Assembly: GCA_964388725.1 (NCBI GenBank) | Contig: CAYMBR010000005.1 | Location: 3,681 to 67,680 of the forward strand | Length of the DNA stretch: 64,000 nt | Direction of reading: 5' to 3' | From: an uncultured Sangeribacter sp. | GTDB taxonomy: Bacteria > Bacteroidota > Bacteroidia > Bacteroidales > Muribaculaceae | Notes under the pieces: generated by a model | Told to the model about the DNA's origin: nothing | The model's database searches: none | The model's input: the letters and a program-made list of their open reading frames with translations, nothing else | Shown here: positions 19,697 to 29,532 of the stretch, piece after piece | How the letters are laid out: each line of letters opens with the position of its first letter | How positions within the stretch are numbered: the first letter of the stretch is position 1 | Program-made: the position numbers and the translations under genes

Positions 19697-21883
19697 TTAT
19701 CGGATAAAGAGAAGTTCGCGGTATTTAGGAAGCGGCCAAATTTCATTGTCCACCATAAGTTCGAGGGCATCGATGCTCTTTCGGATTTCCTCCATAGCCG
19801 GCACGATATCATCGTGGTATGCGATAGCTTTTTCTCTTTCGTTTGGCTTGCGGTTAGCCACATGGCGTTTTGTCACCATATCTTCCACACCATTGCGGAT
19901 TTTCGCGATATTGTCAGAGATCTGTTCGATGGCATTAAGGTCATGAGCGGCAATCTTGTCCATCTTCTCGCCAGCGAAGAGTTCCTTGATTTTATAGACA
20001 TTGTCGAGAAGTACACTTTGATATCTGGTGGCCGCCGGGATTATGTGGTTGATGGCAAGGTCGCCGAGCACACGGCTCTCAATCTGCACCTTCTTGCTAT
20101 ACATTTCCCATTTCACCTCGTTGCGGGCCTCAATCTCCTTTGGAGTGAGGATGCCTGTGCGCTCAAACATCTTGACGGAACTTTCCTTTGTGTAGGCATC
20201 ATACATAAGAGGCGCGCTGCTCTCCACATCGAGTCCACGTTTTGCGGCCTCTTCCTTCCACTCGTCGCTGTAGCCATTACCGTCGAAATGAATTGCCTTT
20301 GAGTCGATGACGAGTTTGCGCATCTCCTTAAAGATAGCCTGGTTGAGAGGTTCTCCGGCCGCAACGCGGGCATCAACCTTGTCGGCAAACTGATTAAGCT
20401 GGTCGGCTACTGCGGCATTAAGAGCAATCATGGCAGAAGCACAGTTGGCACTACTGCCGACGGCACGATATTCGAATCTGTTGCCGGTGAAAGCGAATGG
20501 GCTTGTGCGGTTGCGGTCGGTATTGTCGATCATCAGTTCCGGAATCTGTGCAATGTCGAGATTCACCTTACCTTTGCCATCGAGTTTGATGTCGGCTTCT
20601 TCTGCCGATTCAATGGATTCAAGAATCTTGCTCAACTGAGTGCCAAGGAACATGGATATGATAGCCGGAGGAGCTTCATTCGCGCCAAGTCGGTGGGCAT
20701 TGGTTGCAGTCATTATTGAAGCCTTAAGCAAAGCGTTATGGCGATGCACTGCTGCCATGACATTAGCCACGAATGTTATGAACTGCAGATTCTGTTCCGG
20801 TGTCTTACCCGGTGCAAAAAGCAGCACACCCTTATCAGTTCCGAGACTCCAGTTGTTGTGTTTTCCGCTGCCGTTGATACCGGCGAAAGGTTTCTCGTGG
20901 AGAAGCACACGGAAATTGTGTTTTCTTGCCACTTCGGCAATCAGACTCATGAGAAGCTGGTTGTGGTCGTTGGCAAGATTTGCCTCCTCAAAGATAGGGG
21001 CAAGCTCAAACTGATTGGGGGCAACCTCATTGTGGCGAGTTTTGGCGGGTATGCCAAGTTTATGGCATTCGAGCTCAAGGTCGAGCATGAAAGCCTCCAC
21101 ACGCTGCGGAATAGCGCCGAAATAGTGGTCTTCGAGCTGCTGGTTTTTTGCGGACTCATGACCCATCAGGGTGCGTCCGGTCATCACGAGGTCAGGGCGG
21201 GCTGCATATAGGACCTCATCCACGAGGAAATATTCCTGCTCCCAGCCGAGATAAGACTTGACGTGGTTAACCTCCGGGTCAAAGTATCGAGCCACTCGTG
21301 TTGCAGCTTTGTCAACTGAGTTTAGGGCTTTCAGCAACGGAGTCTTATAGTCAAGGCTTTCGCCAGTGTAAGAAATAAACACAGTCGGAATGCAGAGGGT
21401 GTCGTTGATGATGAAAGCCGGAGATGAAATATCCCAAGCAGAGTAACCGCGGGCTTCGAAAGTGTTGCGGATTCCTCCGTTTGGGAAAGAAGATGCGTCA
21501 GGCTCTTGCTGCACGAGGAGTTTGCCGGTGAAGGTTTCAAGCACTCCCCCTTTGCCGTCGTGTTCGATAAAGGAGTCGTGTTTTTCGGCAGTGCCTCCCG
21601 TCAGAGGGTGAAACCAGTGGGTGTAGTGGCGGGCACCGCTTTCGATTGCCCAGCGTTTCATGCCTTCTGCCACACTGTCGGCGAGTGACAGACTTAAGGA
21701 TTTCTTGTTGTCGATGGCATCCGTCAGGGCTTCAAAAGTTTTTTGGGGGAGATATTCGAACATCTTCTGGCGGTTGAAGACTTGCTTAGCGTAGTATTTT
21801 TCCACGCGTTCATCAGGTAGCTTTACCTCTACGGGCTTGCGTGAGGAAGCCTCCTCTACGCTTTTAAACCTTAAATCTGACAT
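19697..21883 (-). CDS. glnA: Glutamine synthetase type III
   Basis: HYTHWFHPLTG, AEKHDSF, EPDASSFPNGG, RHNEVAPNQFE, GSGKHNNWS, DRNRTSPFAFTGN and WPLPKYRELLF. Confidence 0.96.
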   Translation of the reverse strand: MSDLRFKSVEEASSRKPVEVKLPDERVEKYYAKQVFNRQKMFEYLPQKTFEALTDAIDNKKSLSLSLADSVAEGMKRWAIESGARHYTHWFHPLTGGTAEKHDSFIEHDGKGGVLETFTGKLLVQQEPDASSFPNGGIRNTFEARGYSAWDISSPAFIINDTLCIPTVFISYTGESLDYKTPLLKALNSVDKAATRVARYFDPEVNHVKSYLGWEQEYFLVDEVLYAARPDLVMTGRTLMGHESAKNQQLEDHYFGAIPQRVEAFMLDLELECHKLGIPAKTRHNEVAPNQFELAPIFEEANLANDHNQLLMSLIAEVARKHNFRVLLHEKPFAGINGSGKHNNWSLGTDKGVLLFAPGKTPEQNLQFITFVANVMAAVHRHNALLKASIMTATNAHRLGANEAPPAIISMFLGTQLSKILESIESAEEADIKLDGKGKVNLDIAQIPELMIDNTDRNRTSPFAFTGNRFEYRAVGSSANCASAMIALNAAVADQLNQFADKVDARVAAGEPLNQAIFKEMRKLVIDSKAIHFDGNGYSDEWKEEAAKRGLDVESSAPLMYDAYTKESSVKMFERTGILTPKEIEARNEVKWEMYSKKVQIESRVLGDLAINHIIPAATRYQSVLLDNVYKIKELFAGEKMDKIAAHDLNAIEQISDNIAKIRNGVEDMVTKRHVANRKPNEREKAIAYHDDIVPAMEEIRKSIDALELMVDNEIWPLPKYRELLFIR

Positions 21884-22050
21884 CTTTTATAGTATTTAAG
21901 TTTAAATCCGGAACCATTCCGGCATTATTATCATGTAAAAACTCTGTGTTTTCATAGTTTATGTGGAGATTTGCCATTGACTTGGCAATTCCGAATGCAA
22001 AATTATACAAAATTAGCAATTCTACAAAATTTTTTACAATATTTTTATCA

Positions 22051-22093
22051 AAAAAAATGCAGTGTGCATAAAATTGGCACGCTGCATTTTTTT
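22051..22093 (-). terminator. Terminator of the etf-acd operon
   Basis: AAAAAAATGCAGTGTGC ... GCACGCTGCATTTTTTT inverted repeat with T-tracts. Confidence 0.75.
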
Positions 22094-22143
22094 CTTATTG
22101 CTTATGGGTTAACATATTCGCTATGATAACCGAACTTGTCGAA

Positions 22144-23844
22144 TCAGTAGGTATAGGCTGCGAGTTGTGAGGGCTGGAAGTTGGTGATAAACTCAGCATG
22201 CTTGGTGCATTCGGCCTGACCATACTTCACATATACCTCAAGCGACTTGTCGAAGCCTTCGCTGCGGCTTGCCTCATCAAGAAGCAGACAACCCATCACG
22301 GTGTGACCGGCCATCTCTACCAGACGACGTGCCATAAAGTCGGTATAAGCCTGGTCTTTTACCTCAAGCACCGATTTGACTGCAGCCTCATACTGCTCAG
22401 CCATAACCTCGAGAGATTTCTTGACATCTGCATATTTCTCGGTGACATCAGCGGTAAGAGCCTCCTTGATGAAGTTGAGATATGTGCCGGTGGTGACGTG
22501 GCGTATTGCAGCCACTACCTGAAGCTGGGTAGTACCTTCATAGATGCTTGTGATACGTGCATCGCGATAGATACGCTCACATTTGTAGTCTTTCATGAAA
22601 CCGCTGCCACCATGGATCTGGATGCAGTCGTAGGTGTTCTGGTTGCAGAATTCCGAACCCATACCCTTTGCCAGAGGAGTGAAGGCATCTGCGAGTTTGC
22701 TATAGGCCTTGGCCTCGAGTTTCTCTTCCTTGGTGAGAGGACGCTCCTTGGCGATGTCATCATAAATCTTATAGACATCCACGTAGCGTGCGCATGCATA
22801 GAGAAGAGCGCGGCTTGCATCAAGTTTAGCCTTCATCACGCTGAGAATCTCAGCCACAGCAGGGAATCCGATGATAGCCTTGCCAAACTGCTTGCGGTCT
22901 TTTGCATATTCAAGAGCCTCACGATAGGCAGCCTCTGAAAGTCCGACACTCTGGGCAGCAATGCCGAGACGTGCACCATTCATAAGGGCCATCACATACT
23001 TGATAAGACCAAGTTTGCGGCTACCGCAAAGTTCTGCAGGTGCATCCTTATATACGAGTTCGCAAGTAGGGCTACCCTTGATACCCATTTTATTCTCGAT
23101 GCGGCGAACGTTGACGCCACCGTTGCGCTTGTCGTAGATAAACATGGAAAGACCGCGACCGTCGCGTGTGCCTTCCTCCGAGCGAGCAAGCACAAGGTGA
23201 ATGTCAGAATCACCGTTGGTGATGAAGCGTTTCACGCCATTGAGCGCCCATGAGCCATCTTCCTTCTGAGTTGCCTTGAGCATAACGCTCTGTAGGTCGG
23301 AACCTGCATCGGGCTCTGTAAGGTCCATACTCATGGTCTCACCCTCGCATACGCGCTTGATGTAGCGTTCCTTCTGGTCCTCATCGGCAAACTCGTAGAT
23401 GGTTTCGGCGCAGTCCTGAAGCCCCCAAAGGTTCTCAAAACCGGCGTCGGCACGGCTGACGATGTCGGCAGCCATAATGTAGGGAGTGATCGGGAAGTTA
23501 AGACCACCAAGGCGGCGGGGCATCGACATACCCATCAAGCCGGCCTTGCGACATGCCTCGAGATTATTCTTGGTACCCTCAGCATAGATCACGCGGTTGT
23601 TTTCTACACGTGGGCCTTCGTGGTCAACGTCTTCAGCATTTTCCGCGATGACGTCGCCACAGATTTCGCCCACCACCTCAAGCACCTTGTCGTATGAGTC
23701 CATGGCATCCTCGAAGTCGAGGGGAGCGTAGTCATATTTGTCGGCGTCGGCAAAATTTCTTTCCTTTAGTTCCACAATCTTCTTCATCAGAGGATGCTGA
23801 AGATGTGCCTTAAGATTCGGATTGTCTGTATAAAAATTAGCCAT
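22144..23844 (-). CDS. Acyl-CoA dehydrogenase family protein
   Basis: MDLTEPDAGSD, LNGVKRFITNG, KMGIKGSPT, QIHGGSG and ITSIYEGT. Confidence 0.93.
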   Translation of the reverse strand: MANFYTDNPNLKAHLQHPLMKKIVELKERNFADADKYDYAPLDFEDAMDSYDKVLEVVGEICGDVIAENAEDVDHEGPRVENNRVIYAEGTKNNLEACRKAGLMGMSMPRRLGGLNFPITPYIMAADIVSRADAGFENLWGLQDCAETIYEFADEDQKERYIKRVCEGETMSMDLTEPDAGSDLQSVMLKATQKEDGSWALNGVKRFITNGDSDIHLVLARSEEGTRDGRGLSMFIYDKRNGGVNVRRIENKMGIKGSPTCELVYKDAPAELCGSRKLGLIKYVMALMNGARLGIAAQSVGLSEAAYREALEYAKDRKQFGKAIIGFPAVAEILSVMKAKLDASRALLYACARYVDVYKIYDDIAKERPLTKEEKLEAKAYSKLADAFTPLAKGMGSEFCNQNTYDCIQIHGGSGFMKDYKCERIYRDARITSIYEGTTQLQVVAAIRHVTTGTYLNFIKEALTADVTEKYADVKKSLEVMAEQYEAAVKSVLEVKDQAYTDFMARRLVEMAGHTVMGCLLLDEASRSEGFDKSLEVYVKYGQAECTKHAEFITNFQPSQLAAYTY

Positions 23845-23847
23845 GGC

Positions 23848-24876
23848 TTATTTGGAATTCTTTTTGTAATACTTGATTAACTTGGGCACCACGTCTTCCA
23901 TCTTTCCGGTGATTACGATGTCGGCGATGGTATTGATCGGCGCATCGGGATCAGAGTTGATGGAGATGATAAGGCTTGACTCCTGCATTCCGGCGATGTG
24001 CTGGATTTGTCCGGAGATACCGCAGGCGATGTAGAGTTTCGGACGCACAGTCACACCTGTCTGGCCAATCTGGCGGTCATGGTCAACCCATCCTGCATCA
24101 ACAGCGGCACGGCTTGCACCAACCTCAGCGCCAAGCACATCTGCCAGTTGCTGGAGAAGGTCGAAGTTTTCTTTGGAACCCACTCCGTAGCCACCGGCCA
24201 CAACTATCGGGCAGCCCTTGAGGTTAACCTTTGATTTCTCCACATGGCGATCGATGATTTCCACCACGTAGTCGGTGTTGTTGGTGTATTTGTTGACGTC
24301 GAGATCCACTACTTCTCCCTTATAGTTGGAGTCGCGCATCTCTTTCTTCATCACACCCTCGCGCACTGTGGCCATCTGCGGACGGCATTCCGGATTAACG
24401 ATTGTGGCTACGATGTTGCCGCCGAAAGCAGGGCGAATCTGATATAGGAGATCCTTATATTCAGTGCCGCTCTTGGCATCGGTGTAGTCACCGATCTCAA
24501 GAGAGGTGCAGTCGGCAGTCAGACCGCTATGAAGAGCGCTCGACACTCTCGGACCGAGGTCACGGCCGATTGAGGTTGCGCCCATAAAGGCGATTCTCGG
24601 CTCAATTTCCCTAAAAAGATTAATCAGGATTGAGCTGTGGGGAAGAGAAGTGTAGGGATAAAGGCGTTTGTCTTCCACCTTATAGAGGGTATCCACTCCA
24701 TAGGGCATCACCTGCTTCTCGATATCCTTAAGGTTGTCGCCTGCCACTACGGCTTCAAGTTTGATTCCGAGTTTGTCAGCGAGTTGGCGACCTTTTGTGA
24801 GCAGTTCCAGGCTCACATCAGCGACTTTGCCGTCTTCGTATTCAAGATATACGATAAGATTGTTTTTGTCTGCCAT
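23848..24876 (-). CDS. etfA: Electron transfer flavoprotein alpha subunit
   Basis: GLTADCT, RPAFGGN, PQMATVR, GASRAAVDAG and QIGQTGVTVRPKLYIACGISGQIQH. Confidence 0.96.
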   Translation of the reverse strand: MADKNNLIVYLEYEDGKVADVSLELLTKGRQLADKLGIKLEAVVAGDNLKDIEKQVMPYGVDTLYKVEDKRLYPYTSLPHSSILINLFREIEPRIAFMGATSIGRDLGPRVSSALHSGLTADCTSLEIGDYTDAKSGTEYKDLLYQIRPAFGGNIVATIVNPECRPQMATVREGVMKKEMRDSNYKGEVVDLDVNKYTNNTDYVVEIIDRHVEKSKVNLKGCPIVVAGGYGVGSKENFDLLQQLADVLGAEVGASRAAVDAGWVDHDRQIGQTGVTVRPKLYIACGISGQIQHIAGMQESSLIISINSDPDAPINTIADIVITGKMEDVVPKLIKYYKKNSK

Positions 24877-24901
24877 AATAGTAATGTATTATCAGCCTGG
24901 A

Positions 24902-25771
24902 TTAGCCGATTGTATGGTTAGCGAATAGTTCTTTGATAAGGTCTTCAATAGCCTCATCGTTGTTATCCACGCGGCGAGCCTCCTTAGCGGTGAAGACAAC
25001 GTTTTCGATGCTCTTCACCTTTGTGGGGCTACCGGCGAGACCGCACTGAGCGAGATCAGCGTCGACAGCGGCTGCTGTCCATTCTCCAATGCTGAGGTAG
25101 GGACGTTTTTCGATGAGCTCTTTCTTCTTTTCGTCGTTGGCGACTTCAGAAGGAACGGCTGCATATTTATATTTCTGAAGACATTTGGCATTGCGCGGGC
25201 GGCAATCAGCGGCACTGCCGTTGACAGTCACCACGAGAGGCATCGGAGCCTTTACTGTCTCGACACCGGATTCGATGCGGCGTTTTACGACAACCTTTCC
25301 ATCCTCTGCGCTTACAATCTCTTCGGCGTATGTCACAGTGGGGAGTCCCAGTTTTTCAGCCACCTGCGGGCCAACCTGTGCGGTGTCGCCGTCGATGGCC
25401 TGGCGACCACCGATGATGAGGTCATAATGGCCTAATTTTCTAACTGCTGCGCTAAGGGCGTAAGAAGTGGCGAGCGTGTCGCTACCGGCGAAAGCGCGGT
25501 CGGAGAGCACTACTCCATAGTCAGCACCTCTGTAGAGGCCCTCGCGGATGATCTCGGCGGCGCGTGCGGGTCCCATGGTGAGGAGTGTCACCTTAGTGCC
25601 GGGATACATATCCTTAAGGCGGAGAGCCTGTTCGAGCGCGTTAAGGTCTTCCGGATTGAAGATTGCGGGGAGGGCGGCGCGGTTGACGGTGCCGTCTTCC
25701 TTCATCGCATCCTTTCCGACGTTTCGCGTATCAGGCACTTGCTTTGCAAGCACAATGATATTTAAACTCAT
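24902..25771 (-). CDS. etfB: Electron transfer flavoprotein beta subunit
   Basis: KQVPDT, NPEDLNALE, GSDTLAT, GRQAIDGDTAQVGP and GLAGSPT. Confidence 0.96.
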   Translation of the reverse strand: MSLNIIVLAKQVPDTRNVGKDAMKEDGTVNRAALPAIFNPEDLNALEQALRLKDMYPGTKVTLLTMGPARAAEIIREGLYRGADYGVVLSDRAFAGSDTLATSYALSAAVRKLGHYDLIIGGRQAIDGDTAQVGPQVAEKLGLPTVTYAEEIVSAEDGKVVVKRRIESGVETVKAPMPLVVTVNGSAADCRPRNAKCLQKYKYAAVPSEVANDEKKKELIEKRPYLSIGEWTAAAVDADLAQCGLAGSPTKVKSIENVVFTAKEARRVDNNDEAIEDLIKELFANHTIG

Positions 25772-25895
25772 AATTAAATATTTGTTTGATTTAAATAATT
25801 TTCAGTTCAAAAGTATTCGTCGCTATCCCCTCCGGGAATTGGCCTTGCAGAAGTTTGCACACATTTGCAATTTTCGTGCAAGGCAAATTCTCGTG

Positions 25896-25903
25896 CAAAG
25901 TTA
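25896..25903 (-). promoter_or_regulatory. -7 element for etfB
   Basis: TAACTTTG on the minus strand. Confidence 0.6.
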
Positions 25904-26079
25904 ATAAAAAATATTTAAATTATGCTATTTTTATCCAACAAATTAAGATATGGCGACAAAAATCAACCAATTTCATTATCATTTGTTAATATTTTAAATT
26001 AAAATCCTTGGTTTTCACTGAAGCCTTGATGTTTTTGATATCTCTGATTGCTCTGATTTAAATACTATAATCTCACAAT

Positions 26080-27441
26080 ATGGCCAACTCATTTTTTATA
26101 ATAAGCAAAAATATACGCAACCACACTAATGGTGGCACTGTCTTAATGGCAGCTACTGCCCTTGCCCTGCTTGTGGTCAACCTTCCGATTCTTCACGATT
26201 TCTACAATGGACTATGGACACACGAAATAGCATTGCAGGTGGGAAAATTCAATCTTTTCAGTCATCATGGTCATCCAATGTCGATAATGGAATTCATCAA
26301 CGACGGACTGATGGCTGTGTTTTTCTTTTCTGTGGGACTTGAGATAAAGCGCGAAGTACTCGAGGGCGAACTCTCATCATTTCGTCAGGCACTACTTCCC
26401 ATTGTGGCAGCCTTAGGGGGAATGGTGGTTCCGGTGCTGATATTTGCGGCTCTTGCCGGAGGCACAGACTACATTACAGGTGCAGCCATTCCGATGGCCA
26501 CCGACATAGCTTTCTCGCTTGGGGTACTTGCCATGCTCGGCAAGCGGGTTCCGCTTGGACTGAAGATTTTCCTTACTACTCTTGCAGTGGTTGACGACAT
26601 AGGAGGCATCCTTGTGATTGCGATTTTCTATACTTCGGAGATTGACTATACCTCTCTGCTTATAGCAGCCGGATTGCTTCTGATACTTTTCATAGGAGGT
26701 CAGGCAAGAGTTCAGTTGAAGACTTTTTATGTCACATTTGGAATTCTTGTCTGGTTTCTCTTCCTTCAGTCGGGTATTCACCCTACAATTGCAGGGGTAT
26801 TGGTGGCATTCTGTGTGCCGGCAAAACCGGTGTATGCTCCGAAGAAATACATCAAGACCATCAGGAAAAACATTGGTTACTTCTCACAATCAGATGAAGA
26901 TGGCCTTGAGAAACGCGGCATACTGAGCAAAGACCAAACCAACTGGTTGAAAGAAATTGAGTCAGCCTCCGATAAGGTCATCTCCCCGCTTCAAGATATG
27001 GAAGACACATTGCATCCGGTGGTGAATTATATCATAGTGCCAGTTTTTGCGTTTGTCAATGCAGGGATATGGCTTGGCGACATAGAGCCATCGGCTATAT
27101 TCCATGGCATATCACTTGCCATCATCTTGGGCCTGGTTTTGGGTAAGTTTGTCGGCATATTTGCATTCAGCTGGGTGTGCATAAAGGCCAAATGGGCGCC
27201 AATGCCGGAGGGCACCAACTGGGGACAACTTGCTGCGGTGTCAGTGCTCGGAGGAATTGGTTTCACAGTGTCGCTATTTATAGCCAACCTTACATTTGGC
27301 ACCGGCGATCCATATCTGTCTGAAATGCTCAATAATGCCAAGCTCGGTATCCTTGTCGGCTCAATTCTTGCCGGCTTCCTCGGCTGGCTATTCCTCAACC
27401 TTACCCTTCCGAAGCATCCCTCCCCCATCGAGGAAGAATAA
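26080..27441 (+). CDS. nhaA: Na+/H+ antiporter NhaA
   Basis: INDGLMAVFF, GLEIKRE, IPMATDIAF, LAVVDD, SGIHPT and GIGFTVSLFI. Confidence 0.96.
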   Translation: MANSFFIISKNIRNHTNGGTVLMAATALALLVVNLPILHDFYNGLWTHEIALQVGKFNLFSHHGHPMSIMEFINDGLMAVFFFSVGLEIKREVLEGELSSFRQALLPIVAALGGMVVPVLIFAALAGGTDYITGAAIPMATDIAFSLGVLAMLGKRVPLGLKIFLTTLAVVDDIGGILVIAIFYTSEIDYTSLLIAAGLLLILFIGGQARVQLKTFYVTFGILVWFLFLQSGIHPTIAGVLVAFCVPAKPVYAPKKYIKTIRKNIGYFSQSDEDGLEKRGILSKDQTNWLKEIESASDKVISPLQDMEDTLHPVVNYIIVPVFAFVNAGIWLGDIEPSAIFHGISLAIILGLVLGKFVGIFAFSWVCIKAKWAPMPEGTNWGQLAAVSVLGGIGFTVSLFIANLTFGTGDPYLSEMLNNAKLGILVGSILAGFLGWLFLNLTLPKHPSPIEEE

Positions 27442-28228
27442 TTTGGGAGCTTAGGTCGTGATGGGCGAGGCGTGAGAGGGCTTCGGAGTAGCCGGCAGTT
27501 ACTTTGTCGGGGTAGTGGGCATCGGTGCTGAGGATTAGTTTCGCATTGTATTTCTTCAGCAATGGCCACCATCTTTCGGAAGGGAAAAACCGTCCGGATG
27601 AGGGGAATTTCTTGGTATTGATTTCTATTGTAACACCCTTCTCCACCGCCTTTGCTATCACCTTCTCAACAAGTTCTGCATACCAATCCTGATCTTCCAA
27701 AGTAGGGTCAGCAGCCGAACCATTGTCGCCAATCTTGTCGAGATGTCCGATGATGTCGAAACCACCGGACTCGAGCATTTCCATCTGCATCGCAAAATAA
27801 GTCTCCGTCACGTAGCGGAGGTCTCCCAGATATTCCGAATCAAGATACTTCAGGAATCGCTCAGCCGGTCCGTCACAGTCCACAGGCCTTCCATCGCGTG
27901 TGCGCACGAAATGCACCGATCCGATTCGATAGTCGAGAGGCAGATTGCGGAAAAACTCTATGTGAGGACCAAATTCAGGCGACACATAGTCAATTTCCAT
28001 CCCTGTAAGGACTTTCATCTTCCCTTCATATTCCTTTTTATGACGAGCAGATTCCCGGAGATATGCATCCATATCTTCCGCTTTCATGTTTGCACCGGAC
28101 TCGCAGCAGATAGGACTATGGGGAGATGTGCCCCAGACATCAAATCCGGCGGAGTATGCAGCGGCTGCCATCTCGGCCATGGAAGCGCGACCGTCGCAAA
28201 ATTCGGTATGACTGTGAAGGTTGGTCAT
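27401..28228 (-). CDS. PHP-family histidinol-phosphatase (HisJ/HisK-like)
   Basis: NLHSHTEFCDG, GMEIDY, DYRIGSVH, GHLD, IEINT and STDAH. Confidence 0.88.
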   Translation of the reverse strand: MTNLHSHTEFCDGRASMAEMAAAAYSAGFDVWGTSPHSPICCESGANMKAEDMDAYLRESARHKKEYEGKMKVLTGMEIDYVSPEFGPHIEFFRNLPLDYRIGSVHFVRTRDGRPVDCDGPAERFLKYLDSEYLGDLRYVTETYFAMQMEMLESGGFDIIGHLDKIGDNGSAADPTLEDQDWYAELVEKVIAKAVEKGVTIEINTKKFPSSGRFFPSERWWPLLKKYNAKLILSTDAHYPDKVTAGYSEALSRLAHHDLSSQIILPRWGRDASEG

Positions 28229-28233
28229 TGGAG

Positions 28234-28275
28234 GTTGTCAGTTGTCGGTTGTCTGTTATCGGTTATCGGTTAGTT
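28234..28275. repeat. Six degenerate 7-bp units (GTTGTCA GTTGTCG GTTGTCT GTTATCG GTTATCG GTTAGTT) at a gene junction
   Basis: Read directly; spans the stop of the upstream gene to 5 nt before the next start. Confidence 0.85.
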
Positions 28276-29516
28276 TTGGATTCGGCGGAGATAACAGAAT
28301 TGCTCATTTTCTTGAGTTTGTCGCGTTGCCATTCGAGGGTCTTCTCAAGGTCGAGAATCTGATTTTTCAAAGCCTCGGAAGCACCTTTGTTGGCTTTTGC
28401 ATTGTGATATTTTTTTCTGAGTGCCGCGAGGGTCTGACAATTTGAATCATATTCAGCCTTGGCACTAAGATACTGCGAAAGGTTTCTTTTGGCAGCAGCC
28501 GACTTAAGGTCGCTTACCTGACGGATGACTTTCCCTCCGGGAAGCCGGAAGATGACATTAGCCTCACTATCATTGGTGGAAACCTTGCTTCGCTGCGTGA
28601 TTTCCTGCATTATGCTGTCATAGTCCTTATCCGGATTTTGAGTGATGGAAATATCATCCACGCGAGCCAGGGCTATGATGTCGTCCTCTTCATCGGCATT
28701 ATAGTTTTTTCGCACGTCATTGGTGTAGAACACATAGACTGAAACCTCGCCGTCAAGCTGGTTGCGGTCGGTTACCCACCACCCTATTCCATTCTCCTCA
28801 TCGATAGCCATCATGTATTCGTTGAAAGGAGAGTTGAAGGGATAACCTACAGCCATCGGTTGGCGAAACTCGCCGGTAGATGGATCTTTTGTAGCCACAA
28901 AAAGGTCGTAGCCGCCCATGCTGTCTTCACCGTCACCGGCAAAATAGACAGTGATGCCATCAGAAAGCATGAAAGGATTCTTCAGGTTGCCGTCATCGCT
29001 GAAAGATGTATCATCTTCCTGCGGCAACTCCCAACTGCCATCCACAAGTCGGTGGGACTCATAAAGATGCGAATTACCGTCGGTATCCAGTTCCGTCCAC
29101 ATCACAAGGTCACCGTTTTGAGTGGAAAAAAGATAGTCGCTGCTGTTGTATCGCTCTTTGAATGGAATTGAGTTTGTGTCGAGCAATCTATTGGAGGCAT
29201 CTGGAATTTCGATTGCCGATAGAAAATCCTGGATAGGCACATCTATGCGGTCGATAATCTCCACTTTTTGCACATTGTCGAGGGAATTTTCGGCAATTTC
29301 AAGTTGACGTTGGAATTTCCGGAGAAAGCTCTCCCCTTCAGCATCAGGTTTCTTGGCAAGAGTCTTGGCATACTTTCCGTAAAGTTCGGAAGCGAGTTCA
29401 AAATCGTAGTCAAGAAAAGCCTGATGACCTTCAGCCAGATAGTCGGCAGCGTATGCCGTTCCCCCGGTCATCAATGCAGTCAGTGTCAATATTCTAAGAT
29501 GTGTCACAAACTTCAT
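28263..29516 (-). CDS. Exported protein with TPR-like N-terminus and PD40-like repeats
   Basis: Signal peptide (TAYA), NPFMLSDGITVYFAG...SMGGYDLF, PFNSPFNE and a coiled-coil C-terminus. Confidence 0.7.
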   Translation of the reverse strand: MKFVTHLRILTLTALMTGGTAYAADYLAEGHQAFLDYDFELASELYGKYAKTLAKKPDAEGESFLRKFQRQLEIAENSLDNVQKVEIIDRIDVPIQDFLSAIEIPDASNRLLDTNSIPFKERYNSSDYLFSTQNGDLVMWTELDTDGNSHLYESHRLVDGSWELPQEDDTSFSDDGNLKNPFMLSDGITVYFAGDGEDSMGGYDLFVATKDPSTGEFRQPMAVGYPFNSPFNEYMMAIDEENGIGWWVTDRNQLDGEVSVYVFYTNDVRKNYNADEEDDIIALARVDDISITQNPDKDYDSIMQEITQRSKVSTNDSEANVIFRLPGGKVIRQVSDLKSAAAKRNLSQYLSAKAEYDSNCQTLAALRKKYHNAKANKGASEALKNQILDLEKTLEWQRDKLKKMSNSVISAESKTNR

Positions 29517-29532
29517 ACTAATTAATCAGATA

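Noticed and set aside
27401-27441. 41-bp convergent overlap of nhaA and the PHP gene
   Set aside because: Short 3' overlaps of convergent genes are common, and both proteins are complete.
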